Shown: piece after piece, positions 10,052 to 20,926 of the stretch
Layout of the letters: each line of letters begins with the position of its first letter
How positions within the stretch are numbered: position 1 is the first letter of the stretch
Origin: Polyangiaceae bacterium
Lineage (GTDB): Bacteria > Myxococcota_A > Polyangia > Polyangiales > Polyangiaceae
Reading direction: 5' to 3'
DNA: 64,000 nt
NCBI GenBank assembly: GCA_965222375.1
Contig: CBDCTZ010000012.1
Span: forward strand, 640,001-704,000
Notes under the pieces: generated by a model
Databases searched by the model: none
What the model saw: the letters and a program-made list of their open reading frames with translations, nothing else
What the model was told of the DNA's origin: nothing
Position numbers and translations under genes: made by a program

Positions 10052-10636
10052 ATGTCTGACAAACCCCTACACAGGTTTCACCAACCAATTAGCGTCCCCG
10101 GACGTCGGCTCCTGCACCACATCCCACTGGGGTTCGTGCGGAACAAGGTGTCAGGTGGCGGCACCCGCGCGGTGAACCAAGAGATCCCCCTGATCCCGTT
10201 CATCGACTTTTTGCTCTGCATCGTACTGTTCCTGTTGGCCAGCTTCTCGGCCACCGGGGAACTGCCGATCGACAAGAACGTCAAGCTACCCAAGGCCGAG
10301 AACGTCATGGACATGGTGGAGGCGCCCATGGTGGCCATCACCGGAACCCAGATCCTCGTGGACGGCGTGCCCGCCGGCAACACCCGCGCGATTGAGGAGG
10401 CCAACCGGCTTCAGCGTGTGGATGAGCTCTTCAACATGCTGAAGAACAAGCGGGACCTCTGGAAGCAGATCAACCCAGGCCGACCGTTCCCCGGCGTGGC
10501 GATCCTCCAGGTCGACCGCCGCGTTCCAGCCCTGGTCGTTAAGAGCGTGTTTCAGACTGCGGCTTTCGCCGGGTATCCCAACATCAGTTTCATGGTTGGG
10601 CGGCTCGGAAAAGAAGGTGGCGGCGGCCACGAGTGA
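10052..10636 (+). CDS. aglS: ExbD/TolR-family protein, AglS-like
   Basis: VPGRRL..IVLFLLASFSATGE..LPKAEN resembles Myxococcus AglS as recalled; orthology not verified. Confidence 0.7.
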   Translation: MSDKPLHRFHQPISVPGRRLLHHIPLGFVRNKVSGGGTRAVNQEIPLIPFIDFLLCIVLFLLASFSATGELPIDKNVKLPKAENVMDMVEAPMVAITGTQILVDGVPAGNTRAIEEANRLQRVDELFNMLKNKRDLWKQINPGRPFPGVAILQVDRRVPALVVKSVFQTAAFAGYPNISFMVGRLGKEGGGGHE

Positions 10637-10716
10637 GCCGCCGCGCTGTCGGTCGGTCCAGGCGCATGCCGCGGGCGCGCTGGGCGTACCGGCCGAGCGA
10701 AAGGTGAGGCGTCCCT

Positions 10717-11847
10717 GTGGCGCGTCGTCGCGAAGAAAAACCCCGAGGCCTTCCGTCCCTAGCTGACGCGCGCGCCGAGCGTCGGCGCGCGATCGTCGGG
10801 GGCAAGGTGCGGGTACGGGCTATGCCCCCGCAATTCTGGCTGTGGGCATTTTTGGCCCTCGGCGTGATGTCGGTAGTGTACTGGAAGTTCGCCCAGGGCA
10901 AGCTCGAGGGGCAGAAGAGCGCCGTGATGGCAAAGCAGCGCGCCATGGCAAAGACGGTTGGCGTGAAGCTGCTGCCCCTGCGCGACCAGGTAGAGAGCTT
11001 CGCGCAGTCCTTGTCCAAGGGCGCGGTAAAGAACGAGATTGCTGACGGGACCAGCTATCGAGCGTTGGCCAAGGCGCCGAGTGTGTACTTGCGTTTGCGC
11101 CAGGAAAACGCGCAGAGCCCCGAGGCCATTCGCAAAGCGGCAGTGCGCTCCTTGCACGACGGTTTCACGTCCTGCTTTTTCATCCGAGACAAGGTACAGA
11201 GCCCGGTGGTGGGCAAGGCCTGCCAATCCTCTGCGGATTGTGCGTCGGGGGAACTCTGCAACGAATACGACCACTGCGGGCCCCCTCCGGAGCCGTTCAA
11301 CATGCGGTTGGCCTACCGTTCGTTGCGGGTGCTGTCTAGCGCTTGGACAGATGAGCTGCACCAGGCCGAGAGTGAACTGGCGGTCCTCGCGTACGAGCGG
11401 GATCTGGATCGAGTGACTCAGGAAGACGTGCCCATCGCGGCGAAGATCCTGGTCCGCGCGAAGAACTTCGTGTTGGTTTTAGACGAGGATCCTCCCACCG
11501 GGCTGCCCGAAACGAACGTGGATCAGGACGCCGGCGGCTATGAGAGCGAGGAGGAACGCGTCCAGCGGGTGCCACATTTCGTCCGCGTAGGCGTGTGGGA
11601 ACTGGCGAGTGGTAGACAACTCCTGAAGTTGCGCCGCCGGGCGGAAGGGCGCGTCGTTCCAGTTGGCAAACAAGTCGTGACCCGCGCCGAAACGGTCAAT
11701 GCCCAGCAGCGCCAGGCCATGAGCTGCGCGTTGGCGTTGGATCTGAAGAACGTTTTGAAGTCCGACACCGGGGCAGGTGGGGCAGCGGGTGGAGGTGCGG
11801 ATGCTGGGGGGCCGGATGGCGGCTCCACTAAGGCACCGGCGCCCTAG
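10717..11847 (+). CDS. Hypothetical single-TM protein with a small Cys-rich module
   Basis: TM FWLWAFLALGVMSVVYW; CQSSADCASGELCNEYDHC; co-oriented downstream of the motor operon. Confidence 0.7.
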   Translation: MARRREEKPRGLPSLADARAERRRAIVGGKVRVRAMPPQFWLWAFLALGVMSVVYWKFAQGKLEGQKSAVMAKQRAMAKTVGVKLLPLRDQVESFAQSLSKGAVKNEIADGTSYRALAKAPSVYLRLRQENAQSPEAIRKAAVRSLHDGFTSCFFIRDKVQSPVVGKACQSSADCASGELCNEYDHCGPPPEPFNMRLAYRSLRVLSSAWTDELHQAESELAVLAYERDLDRVTQEDVPIAAKILVRAKNFVLVLDEDPPTGLPETNVDQDAGGYESEEERVQRVPHFVRVGVWELASGRQLLKLRRRAEGRVVPVGKQVVTRAETVNAQQRQAMSCALALDLKNVLKSDTGAGGAAGGGADAGGPDGGSTKAPAP

Positions 11848-12349
11848 CGATCACGAAAACGATTTGACTCAACCGCCGTTCGGAATTCTCGCGTGCAGCA
11901 AAACACGCGCGCTTCAGATAGAGGGTTCCGCGCTCGAGGCCTGCGGACAGGTCGGCACGACAACAGTCACCGGCGCATTGACTCAGTTCCGGTACTCGTA
12001 GTCCTCCCGGATAGCGACAACTCGCGCCTACGCAGTCCAGCTCCTTCTTCAGTTGGCTCAACCATCTCTTGGAAGCGTCACGAGACTTCAGGACCGCGAA
12101 CTCACGCTCATCGGTTTCGACCAAGGTATCTCGGGTTTCTATGTGAACGTCCGCGGCTGTCGCAACCAAAGGCGCCAGCAGACCGCTGCTCCGGGCGAGC
12201 AAGGCCTGGCGAAGTTGGACGCTCAGGGACCGTGCCGTGTCGGGTGCGACGGATGGTGCTGCCGAGTCGTGCTGGGGGCTGGGAGATGAGTTACACGCCG
12301 CGCCGCTGAGAGCAACGCCAATAGCGAGGACCAAGCGCTCAAATGTCAC
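11828..12349 (-). CDS. Hypothetical lipoprotein
   Basis: Signal peptide ending GAAC; Cys-rich C-terminal half; start overlaps the end of the ABC ATPase gene. Confidence 0.55.
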   Translation of the reverse strand: MTFERLVLAIGVALSGAACNSSPSPQHDSAAPSVAPDTARSLSVQLRQALLARSSGLLAPLVATAADVHIETRDTLVETDEREFAVLKSRDASKRWLSQLKKELDCVGASCRYPGGLRVPELSQCAGDCCRADLSAGLERGTLYLKRACFAARENSERRLSQIVFVIARAPVP

Positions 12350-13178
12350 GCCCGAACTCCGGGCCGCGTTTGGCTAGCGGCCTTTGGGGGGCCGGACGGT
12401 CGTCGCTTTCCTCGCGGGCAATCTTTTCGATCTCGACCTGCAGTTCGCGAGCCACCTTGGTGACCAGCAGGGATAGATTGCGATCGTGGGGATCCCTCGG
12501 GCGGGGCAAGTCGGCCTCGACGTCCAATCGCAGCTTGATTCGCCCCGGTCGGGTGCCCATTACCACGACGTCCGTCGCCAGCCGAACGGCCTCGCGGTTG
12601 TCGTGGGTGATGAAGATGATGGTCGCCCCGGTACGCCGCCATGCGCTTTCGACCTCTTGCTGCAGAAGCTCGCGCGTGTGGGCGTCCAGGGCGGCAAAGG
12701 GCTCGTCCATCAACATGACCTTTGGCTCCATGACCAGTGCCCGGGCGATGGCCGTGCGTGCTCGCATGCCGCCGGACAGCTCGTGGGGCTGCGAACTGCG
12801 GAAGCGGTATAGGTGTACCAGTCTCAGTGCGTCCTCGACCCGCCTGTGCCGCTCTTCGGTCGAAACATCGAGCTGTTCGAGGGGAAACGCGACGTTGTCT
12901 TCCACACTGAGCCAAGGAAAGAGCGCAGGGTCCTGGAACAACACGACACGATCTGGACCCGGGCCGAGGATGGGCTGCCCGTCGATGAGTACTTGGCCAC
13001 TGTCCGGCCGCTCGAAGCCGGCGATGAGGTTGAGCAAGGTCGTCTTGCCGCAGCCGGACGGCCCGACCAGGCAGACGAACCGACCGCTGTCGATGTCGAG
13101 GTTGACCTCGGCCAAGGCCGTGTGCTTGCCGTCTCTCCCCGTGAAGGATTTGGTTACTGCTGAAAGAGAGACCTGCAT
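12339..13178 (-). CDS. ABC transporter ATP-binding protein, nitrate/sulfonate/taurine family
   Basis: [28 protein letters not shown]. Confidence 0.92.
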   Translation of the reverse strand: MQVSLSAVTKSFTGRDGKHTALAEVNLDIDSGRFVCLVGPSGCGKTTLLNLIAGFERPDSGQVLIDGQPILGPGPDRVVLFQDPALFPWLSVEDNVAFPLEQLDVSTEERHRRVEDALRLVHLYRFRSSQPHELSGGMRARTAIARALVMEPKVMLMDEPFAALDAHTRELLQQEVESAWRRTGATIIFITHDNREAVRLATDVVVMGTRPGRIKLRLDVEADLPRPRDPHDRNLSLLVTKVARELQVEIEKIAREESDDRPAPQRPLAKRGPEFGRDI

Positions 13179-13232
13179 GCCCCGCAAGCCTAGCCTTGCT
13201 GGCGGGTGGCCCCAAGGCCGACTGGGATCACG

Positions 13233-16200
13233 TCAGCCGCCCGGAGCGCCGAAACCCCCTCCCCCGGGGGTCTCGATGCACAAGTGGCTACCTGCCCGAG
13301 CGACAAACCCCTCGCTGCCCGCCAGGAGTACGCCGTCTAGGCTGCTTTTGCCAGCTGCTCCCGGGGCGCCGCCGCGCAGCCCAAAAGGTCTCGTTTTTCG
13401 CCTTTCGGCGATCACGGCACCTTGCATGTCCTCCAGCAAGACCAGCTCTCGAATCACTCCGTCGCCGCCGCTCTGGCGGCCTGCTCCCCCAGAACCTCGA
13501 CGCAGACAGAAGCGTAGTAGGCGCAAGGGGAACCGGGTCTCTAGAACCTCCGGATCCGTGATCCGCGTATTGGTCATATGCGTGTGCACCCCCGAAGCAC
13601 CTCCGTGGTTTTCCCCGGCGCCGGCACCCCCAGCAATCGTCTCATAGTAGGCAAAACGATCGTTGCCCAGGGTGACGTTGTTCATTGTGCCTTGGCTCGC
13701 CGCGCAGAGCTCTGCGGCACCCAGCAGAACATCTACGATTCGTTGAGAGGTTTCCACGTTGCCAGCAGCGACGGCGGAGCCCGACGGTGGGTCCAGCAAT
13801 GAACCGGCGGGAATGTGGATATCTACGGGCTCGAGGCAGCCGCTGTTGAGGGGAATGCGGTGTCCGACCAGAGTCCGCAGGAAGTAAATCACTGCCGCGA
13901 TCGTGACAGCCCGAGGCGCGTTGAAGTTGCCGGCATGCGCTGGCGCTGTTCCCGAGAAATCGACGCGTAGTCGATCGCCTCGGGTCTCGAGGCTGACGCT
14001 AACGATGGCGCCGTCGTCTAGGCGGTCCCTAAAGCTGCGCGCCACGGACGGCATATGCGAGATTTCGCGACGGACACGTTCGGCCGCATCGTCGCGAACG
14101 TGATTCATGTACGCGAAGACGATCTCGGACCCGTAGGTCTGACTCAGTTCGCCGAGAAGTGCTGCGCCCCGTTGGTTGGCGGCGAGTTGGGCTTTCAGAT
14201 CCGCAATGTTGGTGTTGGGATTACGCGCCGGAAATGGGCCTCCGGTCAGAACCTTGCGCACCGCTTCCTCGTCAAACTCGCCCTCGCGCACGGCGGGCAG
14301 CCCGCTGAAGACGACTCCCTCTTCTGCGAGCTTCGTGGAGGCTGGAGGCATGGATCCCGGGCTGGACCCGCCCACGTCGGCGTGGTGGCCGCGGCTGGCG
14401 GTGAAGAAACTCAGCTTCCCTGAGGCGCCGAAAACGGGTGTCACGACGGTGATGTCTGGAAGGTGCGAGCCGCCCAACGCAGGGTCGTTGCTGATGTACG
14501 CAGTCCCAGGCTGAATGCGGGGATGCAGGCGGAGGAGGCTCTGCACCGTTTCGCCCATGGCCCCTAGGTGCACCGGGATGTGGGGAGCATTGGCGACGAG
14601 TCGACCCTCCCGGTCGAATACAGCGCAGGAGTAGTCTCGCCGATCCACGATGTTGGTGCTGTGGGCAGTGCGTCGGAGGGACTCCCCCATCTGTTCGGCA
14701 ATGCTCATGAAGGCGTTGCCAAATATCTCGAGAAGCACGGGATCTCGCAGGGATACGTCGCGCTTGCCGTGCAGCTCCGGTGCGGTCTGGGTAGAATCTG
14801 CCTGGTCCTCGGCCACCAGGAGCCCATCGCTCCGGAGCTCGAGGCTGAATCCGGGCTCGACGACCAAAGTGGCAGTGGCCTCCGCAATGATCACAGGTCC
14901 GCTGAAGGGTTGCCCTATCGCGAGCGCCTCCCGGTCGTAGACGGGAACCTCTTCCAGCCAGCGCCCCTCGCAGTACAGCCGTGCCGTCTGGCGCTTTCGA
15001 GTGGCATCGGGCGGTGCTTCGGTGGTTGGTACCACCGAAGCACTGCCCGAGTAGCGGCCGCGCACGCGAATGGTTATCACCTCAACGGGCGAGTCTCGGC
15101 GGGCGAAGCCGAACGCCTGCTCGTGATCTGCGTGGAACCGTCCTGCCAGCTCAGGCAGTGCGCCAGCGCTAACGGTCAAAGCGTGCTCCGAGCCTACGTA
15201 GCGGAGGTCGAAGATCCGTTGCACCGCGCATTCTTCCTCGCGCGCGCCGTCGGCAATCAGCTCGGCGCGTACCTTGGCTTCGAGGGCTCGGAAGCTGGGT
15301 TCCAAGTCTATCAAGGTTTCGGCATCCAGCGGCTGCGCGGCTGCGTCGGCTTCTGCGTGGCTCACGACATCCGACAGCCCCAAGCCGCAGGCGGACAGCA
15401 CCCCGGCCCAGGGGTGGAAGACGACCTGGCGGATCCCGAGACGCCGAGCCAGAGCGCAAGCGTGCTGCCCTCCGGCGCCACCGAAGACCACGAGACTATG
15501 GTTGCGGGGGTCGTGCCCCCTCAGGGCGCTGACCTTGCGCAGCGCTTCGGCCATGTTGGCGTTGGCGACGTGAAAGAAACCTTCGGCCAGGTCATGAATC
15601 GAACGAGAGGTCCCGGAACTCATTTTTCGCAGCGCCTGCTCGGCCCGCCCGGGGTCGAGGGGGAAGGGGAACCGATTGGGCAGCAGGCGGCCGAGTACGA
15701 GATTGATGTCTGTGAGCGTCAAGTCTTCAGCCGTGGGGTCGCCATAGCAGAGCGGCCCCGGCGTCGCTCCTGCGCTCTCGGGTCCTACGCACAGCCGACT
15801 GATGTCTTCACGGCAGATCGACCCGCCTCCTGCCGCAACAGTTTCGATTCGTAGAAGGGGCGCTCGAATGGCAACCCCGGCGACTTCGGTTTCGTAATCG
15901 GTTTCGTAGTGATCGGCGAAGCGCGAAACGTCCGTGGACGTGCCGCCCATGTCGAAGCCGAGGCTCGGGCCGAGCCCGGCGGTGTTGACGAGATGTGCCA
16001 GCGCCACCACTCCCCCGGCAGGGCCTGATAGCACCGCACTGGGGCCACGAAAGCGACTCGGACCGACCAGCCCGCCGCTCGACTGCATGACGCGCAGGGT
16101 GGAATCGGCGCTCAGCTGTGCCCGGAGCGCGTCGACGTGGGCCTTGCAGATGGGCGTGAGCGCTGCGTCCAAAACGCAAGTGCTGCTGCGTTCCAAGTAC

Positions 16201-16799
16201 CCGAGTTCATTGGAAATTTCGTGAGAAAGCGCTACATGAGCAAAGCCGAGATCGCGAGCGATTTTCCCGATCCGACGTTCGTGCTCGGCGTTGACCACTG
16301 CATGCAGCAGGCTCACGGCGACGCTGCGGATGCCTAGTGCGAGCCATTCGACCAGTCGCGTTTCGACGGCCGCCTCATTCACGGGGCGCAGGCTGCGACC
16401 GCTGGCGTCCAAGCGAGCACTGACACCTGCCACGGCGCTATACAGGGCCGCGGGCTTCTGAATGTCCAGACCGAACAGCTCAGGCCTGGCCTGAGTGCCA
16501 ATCAAGAGCAGATCTTCGAAGCCCTCGGTCAGCAGTAGACCGCATGCGGCACCGCGGCGCTGTAGCAAGGCGTTGGTCGCCACGGTCGTGCCGAGCCGGA
16601 TATCACAGGAAGGAATGGCGTCATCGGTGCCGAGGCCGAGCAAAGTTCGGATACCGATAATGGGGGCGAGATCCGACGAAAGAACCTTGGTGATCCGCGT
16701 CTTGTCCGTGCCCGGTTCGACACCGATGCAATCCGTGAAGGTGCCTCCGCGGTCGATCCAGAACTTCCAGCGTGCGGCCGCTGGGGACGTGGGGTTCAT
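13233..16799 (-). CDS. oplA: 5-oxoprolinase (fused hydantoinase A/B)
   Basis: [55 protein letters not shown]. Confidence 0.9.
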   Translation of the reverse strand: MNPTSPAAARWKFWIDRGGTFTDCIGVEPGTDKTRITKVLSSDLAPIIGIRTLLGLGTDDAIPSCDIRLGTTVATNALLQRRGAACGLLLTEGFEDLLLIGTQARPELFGLDIQKPAALYSAVAGVSARLDASGRSLRPVNEAAVETRLVEWLALGIRSVAVSLLHAVVNAEHERRIGKIARDLGFAHVALSHEISNELGYLERSSTCVLDAALTPICKAHVDALRAQLSADSTLRVMQSSGGLVGPSRFRGPSAVLSGPAGGVVALAHLVNTAGLGPSLGFDMGGTSTDVSRFADHYETDYETEVAGVAIRAPLLRIETVAAGGGSICREDISRLCVGPESAGATPGPLCYGDPTAEDLTLTDINLVLGRLLPNRFPFPLDPGRAEQALRKMSSGTSRSIHDLAEGFFHVANANMAEALRKVSALRGHDPRNHSLVVFGGAGGQHACALARRLGIRQVVFHPWAGVLSACGLGLSDVVSHAEADAAAQPLDAETLIDLEPSFRALEAKVRAELIADGAREEECAVQRIFDLRYVGSEHALTVSAGALPELAGRFHADHEQAFGFARRDSPVEVITIRVRGRYSGSASVVPTTEAPPDATRKRQTARLYCEGRWLEEVPVYDREALAIGQPFSGPVIIAEATATLVVEPGFSLELRSDGLLVAEDQADSTQTAPELHGKRDVSLRDPVLLEIFGNAFMSIAEQMGESLRRTAHSTNIVDRRDYSCAVFDREGRLVANAPHIPVHLGAMGETVQSLLRLHPRIQPGTAYISNDPALGGSHLPDITVVTPVFGASGKLSFFTASRGHHADVGGSSPGSMPPASTKLAEEGVVFSGLPAVREGEFDEEAVRKVLTGGPFPARNPNTNIADLKAQLAANQRGAALLGELSQTYGSEIVFAYMNHVRDDAAERVRREISHMPSVARSFRDRLDDGAIVSVSLETRGDRLRVDFSGTAPAHAGNFNAPRAVTIAAVIYFLRTLVGHRIPLNSGCLEPVDIHIPAGSLLDPPSGSAVAAGNVETSQRIVDVLLGAAELCAASQGTMNNVTLGNDRFAYYETIAGGAGAGENHGGASGVHTHMTNTRITDPEVLETRFPLRLLRFCLRRGSGGAGRQSGGDGVIRELVLLEDMQGAVIAERRKTRPFGLRGGAPGAAGKSSLDGVLLAGSEGFVARAGSHLCIETPGGGGFGAPGG

Positions 16800-17875
16800 G
16801 GTTGACTGACGAGCAACACGAGGACGACGGTGAGCGCCATCGCCAAAATGACGATCAAGACGATGAGCGCTTTGATGCCCGTCTCGCCTTCGGGCTCGGG
16901 CTGCTCGTAGGGATAGCCCTGCTGCCCGGCGGGATACTGCATCGGATCGTAGGCCGGCGGTTGTGATGGATCCGGAGGTCCGCTTTGGGGCTGGGGGAGC
17001 GGCGGGTAGGAGCTTTGGACCTGGTTGTGCGAATAGGGCTGAGCGGGTAGCTCGGGTGGCCGGGCTGGCGCGTCGACGGTTGGGGCAATGGGGAACTGAG
17101 CGCCGTGCTGTTGGGACGCTGGAGGGGGCGGTTCGGCCACGGGCCGATTCACGGTGGCCGGCAAGTAGTCCCGATTCATGGTCAGGGTCGGCAACACGCC
17201 GCCTCCGCCGGGTGATGGTGGTGCTGGCTGAGCGCTAGCTGGTTTCGGATCGAGCTTCACGGCCACGCGAGTCATCGTCTCGTCGAAGTCGTCGTATAGA
17301 TCGCCCGGCTGGGCGCTGCTGGGCGGCATCGCCTCGAAGGAGCCACTCATCGAATCGCCGGGTGGGACAGGGGCCTTGGTCACGTCGTCATCGAGGGTTT
17401 CGTCGCTGTCCGAGCCCCCAGCTTGAGACTGGGATGCGACATCGAGCTTCATCGCCAGCTCAGCCGGTGATGCGACGACTTTGGTGGCGACCTCCTCCTC
17501 TTCGTAGGGCTCGGCCCCGGGGCCCGTCTCGGGTGTTCCTGCGGCCGGTCGGGCGCCCGAGTCGTCCGTAGGGAGCGCCTGAGTGACCTCCACGGCGTTC
17601 ATGTTCGGCTCCGACGCTTTGGCCGGCGGGGTCACGCCTCCGCGACGCGCCAGAGCTGCAAACCACGGAGAGTCCACGATGTTGGTCTCGCCATCGAAGA
17701 AGGCGAGGTCGGCGAATTCAGGCACCATCTCGATGGGCAGCCACTTGTCCTCACCCTGCGGCGTCACCTCGATTTCCACGCCCACGTCGCCCTCGTCCAC
17801 GGCGGCGATGATCTGCTCCGTCGAGTACGGGCCTTCGGGCTCGCCGCCCAGGCTGCGCACCATCCAGTGAGGCAT
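16796..17875 (-). CDS. GYF_2-like N-terminal domain protein, acidic/Pro-rich, with C-terminal TM anchor
   Basis: HWMV..EGPYS..V..G.DKWLPI; low-complexity middle; hydrophobic C-terminus; ATGA overlap with oplA. Confidence 0.7.
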   Translation of the reverse strand: MPHWMVRSLGGEPEGPYSTEQIIAAVDEGDVGVEIEVTPQGEDKWLPIEMVPEFADLAFFDGETNIVDSPWFAALARRGGVTPPAKASEPNMNAVEVTQALPTDDSGARPAAGTPETGPGAEPYEEEEVATKVVASPAELAMKLDVASQSQAGGSDSDETLDDDVTKAPVPPGDSMSGSFEAMPPSSAQPGDLYDDFDETMTRVAVKLDPKPASAQPAPPSPGGGGVLPTLTMNRDYLPATVNRPVAEPPPPASQQHGAQFPIAPTVDAPARPPELPAQPYSHNQVQSSYPPLPQPQSGPPDPSQPPAYDPMQYPAGQQGYPYEQPEPEGETGIKALIVLIVILAMALTVVLVLLVSQP

Positions 17876-17946
17876 GTGCGTTCAGTCTACCCAGCTTTGC
17901 CCCCCAGAGCGCCTTTTTGCGCAGAAATGTGGCCATGAAGGCGGAC

Positions 17947-19038
17947 CTAGGTAGGCCGCTTGCGCACGAGCAGCTTGCGGGTGATCTCGACCACTTTGGC
18001 TGGAATCCTGGCGTCCCCCTTCTTCAGCTCAGGCGTGAACAGCCCGCCGGGCGACAAAAACAAGGACTCACCGGTCGCGTTCTTCGTGCCCACGATGCGC
18101 AGGGTCACGACCCCCGCGCCATTGCCAGCATCCTCCTTGCTCACAATCCGGCTGGACGCGTAGAGCGTGTCACCAGCGACGACGCCGTTGGGGTGGGCAC
18201 CCTGGTCTAGGCCCAGATCCCACACGGCGTTGCCACCCAGGTCTCGACTCGTGAGGGCTAGAACCCAAGACAGCACCAACCCGCCGTATACGACGCGGGT
18301 CTTCGCGAAAGAGTTGTCCTTGCAGTAGACCTCGTCGAAGTGAATCGGGTGGCTGTTTCGGCACAGCTGAGTCAGCTGCATATGCTCCGAGTCGCCCACG
18401 GTCTTGCCAACACCGTGAAAGAAGACATCTCCGACGTCGAAGTCCTCGTAAAAGCCCGAGAAGCCCCGACGATGCGCCATCGGCGCAACCTTGTCCCTCA
18501 GGGGCCCCGGCAGCGCGCCCGCGGGGTCGCTCACCTGCGGGATGGCTGGGTGTGCATTTTTCGGTCGCCCCTCGACGTTGCCTGCTCGCACTAGAGCTTT
18601 GCGGTCGAAGCGGCAGACGACCGTCCCGTCTTGATTCTCGAGCAAGGTGCGCACTTCCACTACGCCACGATTGCCTTTTGAAGAGGGTTTGGCACCGAGC
18701 ACTTCGCTGGAAGCGTGGACGGTGTCTCCGGCATAGCAGGCTTCCGGGAATCGGACGTCGATGTATGCCAAGTGCGCAATGGCTTGCTCGGAAACGTCGT
18801 GCACGCTGAATGACAAGCCCAGGTTCAATAGGATGACCGGGTGCACGGGGCGATCCCGAAAGCCCAGGTGCTTGGCATACTCCCGACTCGCAAAGGTCGG
18901 GATGGCGTCCTGAAAGGACGCCGCAAAAAGAGCCATCATGCCCTCGTCCACGGTGACTTCCCACGGGTGTTGGTAGACGTCCCCGACCTGGAAGTCATCC
19001 AACATTCTGCCGTAGGAATGAGTGCGCACTCCGCTCAT
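17947..19038 (-). CDS. mch: Mesaconyl-CoA hydratase (double MaoC/hotdog fold)
   Basis: Two MaoC repeats (DDFQVGD.., YEDFDVGD..HFD..VYGG); ATGA overlap with mcd; ccr/ecm context. Confidence 0.8.
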   Translation of the reverse strand: MSGVRTHSYGRMLDDFQVGDVYQHPWEVTVDEGMMALFAASFQDAIPTFASREYAKHLGFRDRPVHPVILLNLGLSFSVHDVSEQAIAHLAYIDVRFPEACYAGDTVHASSEVLGAKPSSKGNRGVVEVRTLLENQDGTVVCRFDRKALVRAGNVEGRPKNAHPAIPQVSDPAGALPGPLRDKVAPMAHRRGFSGFYEDFDVGDVFFHGVGKTVGDSEHMQLTQLCRNSHPIHFDEVYCKDNSFAKTRVVYGGLVLSWVLALTSRDLGGNAVWDLGLDQGAHPNGVVAGDTLYASSRIVSKEDAGNGAGVVTLRIVGTKNATGESLFLSPGGLFTPELKKGDARIPAKVVEITRKLLVRKRPT

Positions 19039-20741
19039 GATTTCTCCTTCTTGGTCAGCGCTTGATCCAGCAGGCGTCGTGCAATGACGTGCGCTTGGAT
19101 CTCGTTGGCGCCTTCGAAAATGCTCAATACTCGTGCGTCGACCAGCAAGCGGCTTGCGACATACTCCACCGCGTAGCCGTTGCCGCCATGCACCTGCACG
19201 CATGCATCCGCGGCTTCCCAGGCGGCACGGGTTCCCAAGAGCTTGGCCATTCCGGCTTCCAGATCGCAGCGGGTCCCCTTGTCCTTTTCGCGGGCTGCGA
19301 AGTACGCGAGCTGTCGCGACGCCATGGTGCGAGCGATGATGCGTCCGATTTTTCGCTGCACCCGCGGAAATGAGAAAATGGGTTTGCCGAATTGGATGCG
19401 CTCTTGCGCGTACTTTCGAGCTTCTTCCAGCGCGGCTTGAGCAATGCCGACGCCCCGGGCCGCGGTCTGGATCCGCGCGCTTTCAAAAGTCGCCATGAGT
19501 TGCTTGAAGCCTTTGCCTTCCAAGCCACCCAGCAGGCCACCTTCTGCCACCTCGAAGCCGTCGAAGGAGATCTCGAACTCCTTCATTCCGCGGTAGCCGA
19601 GCACCTTGATCTCGGTGCCGGTGATGCCCGGGTCCGGGAAGCCCTGCTGCTCCGGATCCTCTTCGCTGCCGCGGCTCTTCTCCGCCAGGAACATGCTGAG
19701 GCCGGAGTAGCCGGGTTCATCCGGATTGGTGCGCACCAGCAACGTCATCAGGTCAGCTCGCGTTGCATGGGTGATCCAGGTCTTCTGTCCGAAGATCTTC
19801 CAGCCACCGCCGGACTGCTTTTCCCCGCGGGATTTGATGTGGGCGAGGTCGGATCCGAAGTTGGGCTCCGTGAACACCGCCGTGGGCAACACCTCTCCGG
19901 CGGCGATGCGAGGCAACACCCGCTGTTTCTGCTCGTCAGTGCCTCCGATCAAGATGAGCTCCGCGGCGATTTCCGCTCGCGTGCCCAGGGAGCCGACTCC
20001 AATGTAGCCCCGGGACAGCTCTTCGGTCACCACGCACATGGCCACCTTGCCCATGCCCATGCCGCCGTATTCCTCGGGGATGGTCAGTCCAAACACACCC
20101 AGCTGACTCATCTTTTCCAGCAAGGACAAGGGAATCAGTTGGTCTTGGCTGTGAACCTCTTGAGCGATGCCGACGACCTCACTGTCTGCGAAGCGCCGGA
20201 ACTCCGTCCGCACGGCGTCCAGGGTCTCGTCGTCCAAAAGCACGTCGCCGAAACTGGACGTCTCCTCGGATAGGCGCGCCAGCGCGCATACACATTCACC
20301 GCTAGCGAAAGCGTCGGCGAAACGTTGCACGGCTTCGGAACGCACCGTCGCGTGTACGTCCTCGTCGCTGAGTCCGAGATCCTGCAACGCGATAGATTCA
20401 CAAGGGCCGAGGTCGACGCCGCCCGGTAGGCAGCGCACCAACTCGCCGACGTACACGCCGGCGAGGCGCCGTTCCAATTCAGTCAAACGCTGTCTGGACG
20501 CCAGTGCTTCGAGCCAATGGCTCAACTGGCGGACCGCCTCGAGTTCCGTGGCGAGGTACGCCAATCCGTGAGCGGCGAGCTGATGCTTGTCCAGCTTCTT
20601 GGACGAGACGCGATCGCCATCGCGTACGCGCTCGAGCACGTGCAGCTGCGCGCGGCGATACAGTTCCTCCAAGCTCTTCAGCGGCGTGGACAGGTCCTGC
20701 GCGCCATCGATGACGGGCGGATCGGAAGCAACTTCAGTCAC
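19035..20741 (-). CDS. mcd: (2S)-methylsuccinyl-CoA dehydrogenase
   Basis: Acyl-CoA dehydrogenase with N-terminal extension (HQLAAHGLAYLAT); SLGTRAEIA, TEPNFGSD, VLGYRGMKEF, FESARIQTAAR; GTG start after GGAGG. Confidence 0.85.
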   Translation of the reverse strand: MTEVASDPPVIDGAQDLSTPLKSLEELYRRAQLHVLERVRDGDRVSSKKLDKHQLAAHGLAYLATELEAVRQLSHWLEALASRQRLTELERRLAGVYVGELVRCLPGGVDLGPCESIALQDLGLSDEDVHATVRSEAVQRFADAFASGECVCALARLSEETSSFGDVLLDDETLDAVRTEFRRFADSEVVGIAQEVHSQDQLIPLSLLEKMSQLGVFGLTIPEEYGGMGMGKVAMCVVTEELSRGYIGVGSLGTRAEIAAELILIGGTDEQKQRVLPRIAAGEVLPTAVFTEPNFGSDLAHIKSRGEKQSGGGWKIFGQKTWITHATRADLMTLLVRTNPDEPGYSGLSMFLAEKSRGSEEDPEQQGFPDPGITGTEIKVLGYRGMKEFEISFDGFEVAEGGLLGGLEGKGFKQLMATFESARIQTAARGVGIAQAALEEARKYAQERIQFGKPIFSFPRVQRKIGRIIARTMASRQLAYFAAREKDKGTRCDLEAGMAKLLGTRAAWEAADACVQVHGGNGYAVEYVASRLLVDARVLSIFEGANEIQAHVIARRLLDQALTKKEKS

Positions 20742-20926
20742 AGCGAGCCCTCCGAGGGAATGGGCGCCGCGCGCGGATTCCGGCCCCGGCGGCGCGTAGT
20801 TGGGGCAAAGTCCTGCAGGTCCATAGGCCCGGCCCCCGGGCCTCGTCAATGCCTCACAGGCGCGCAACTTCTGCGGACTTTTGACCCTCGAAGTTTGGCG
20901 CATCGCGCACTAGGATTCACTTCGCG

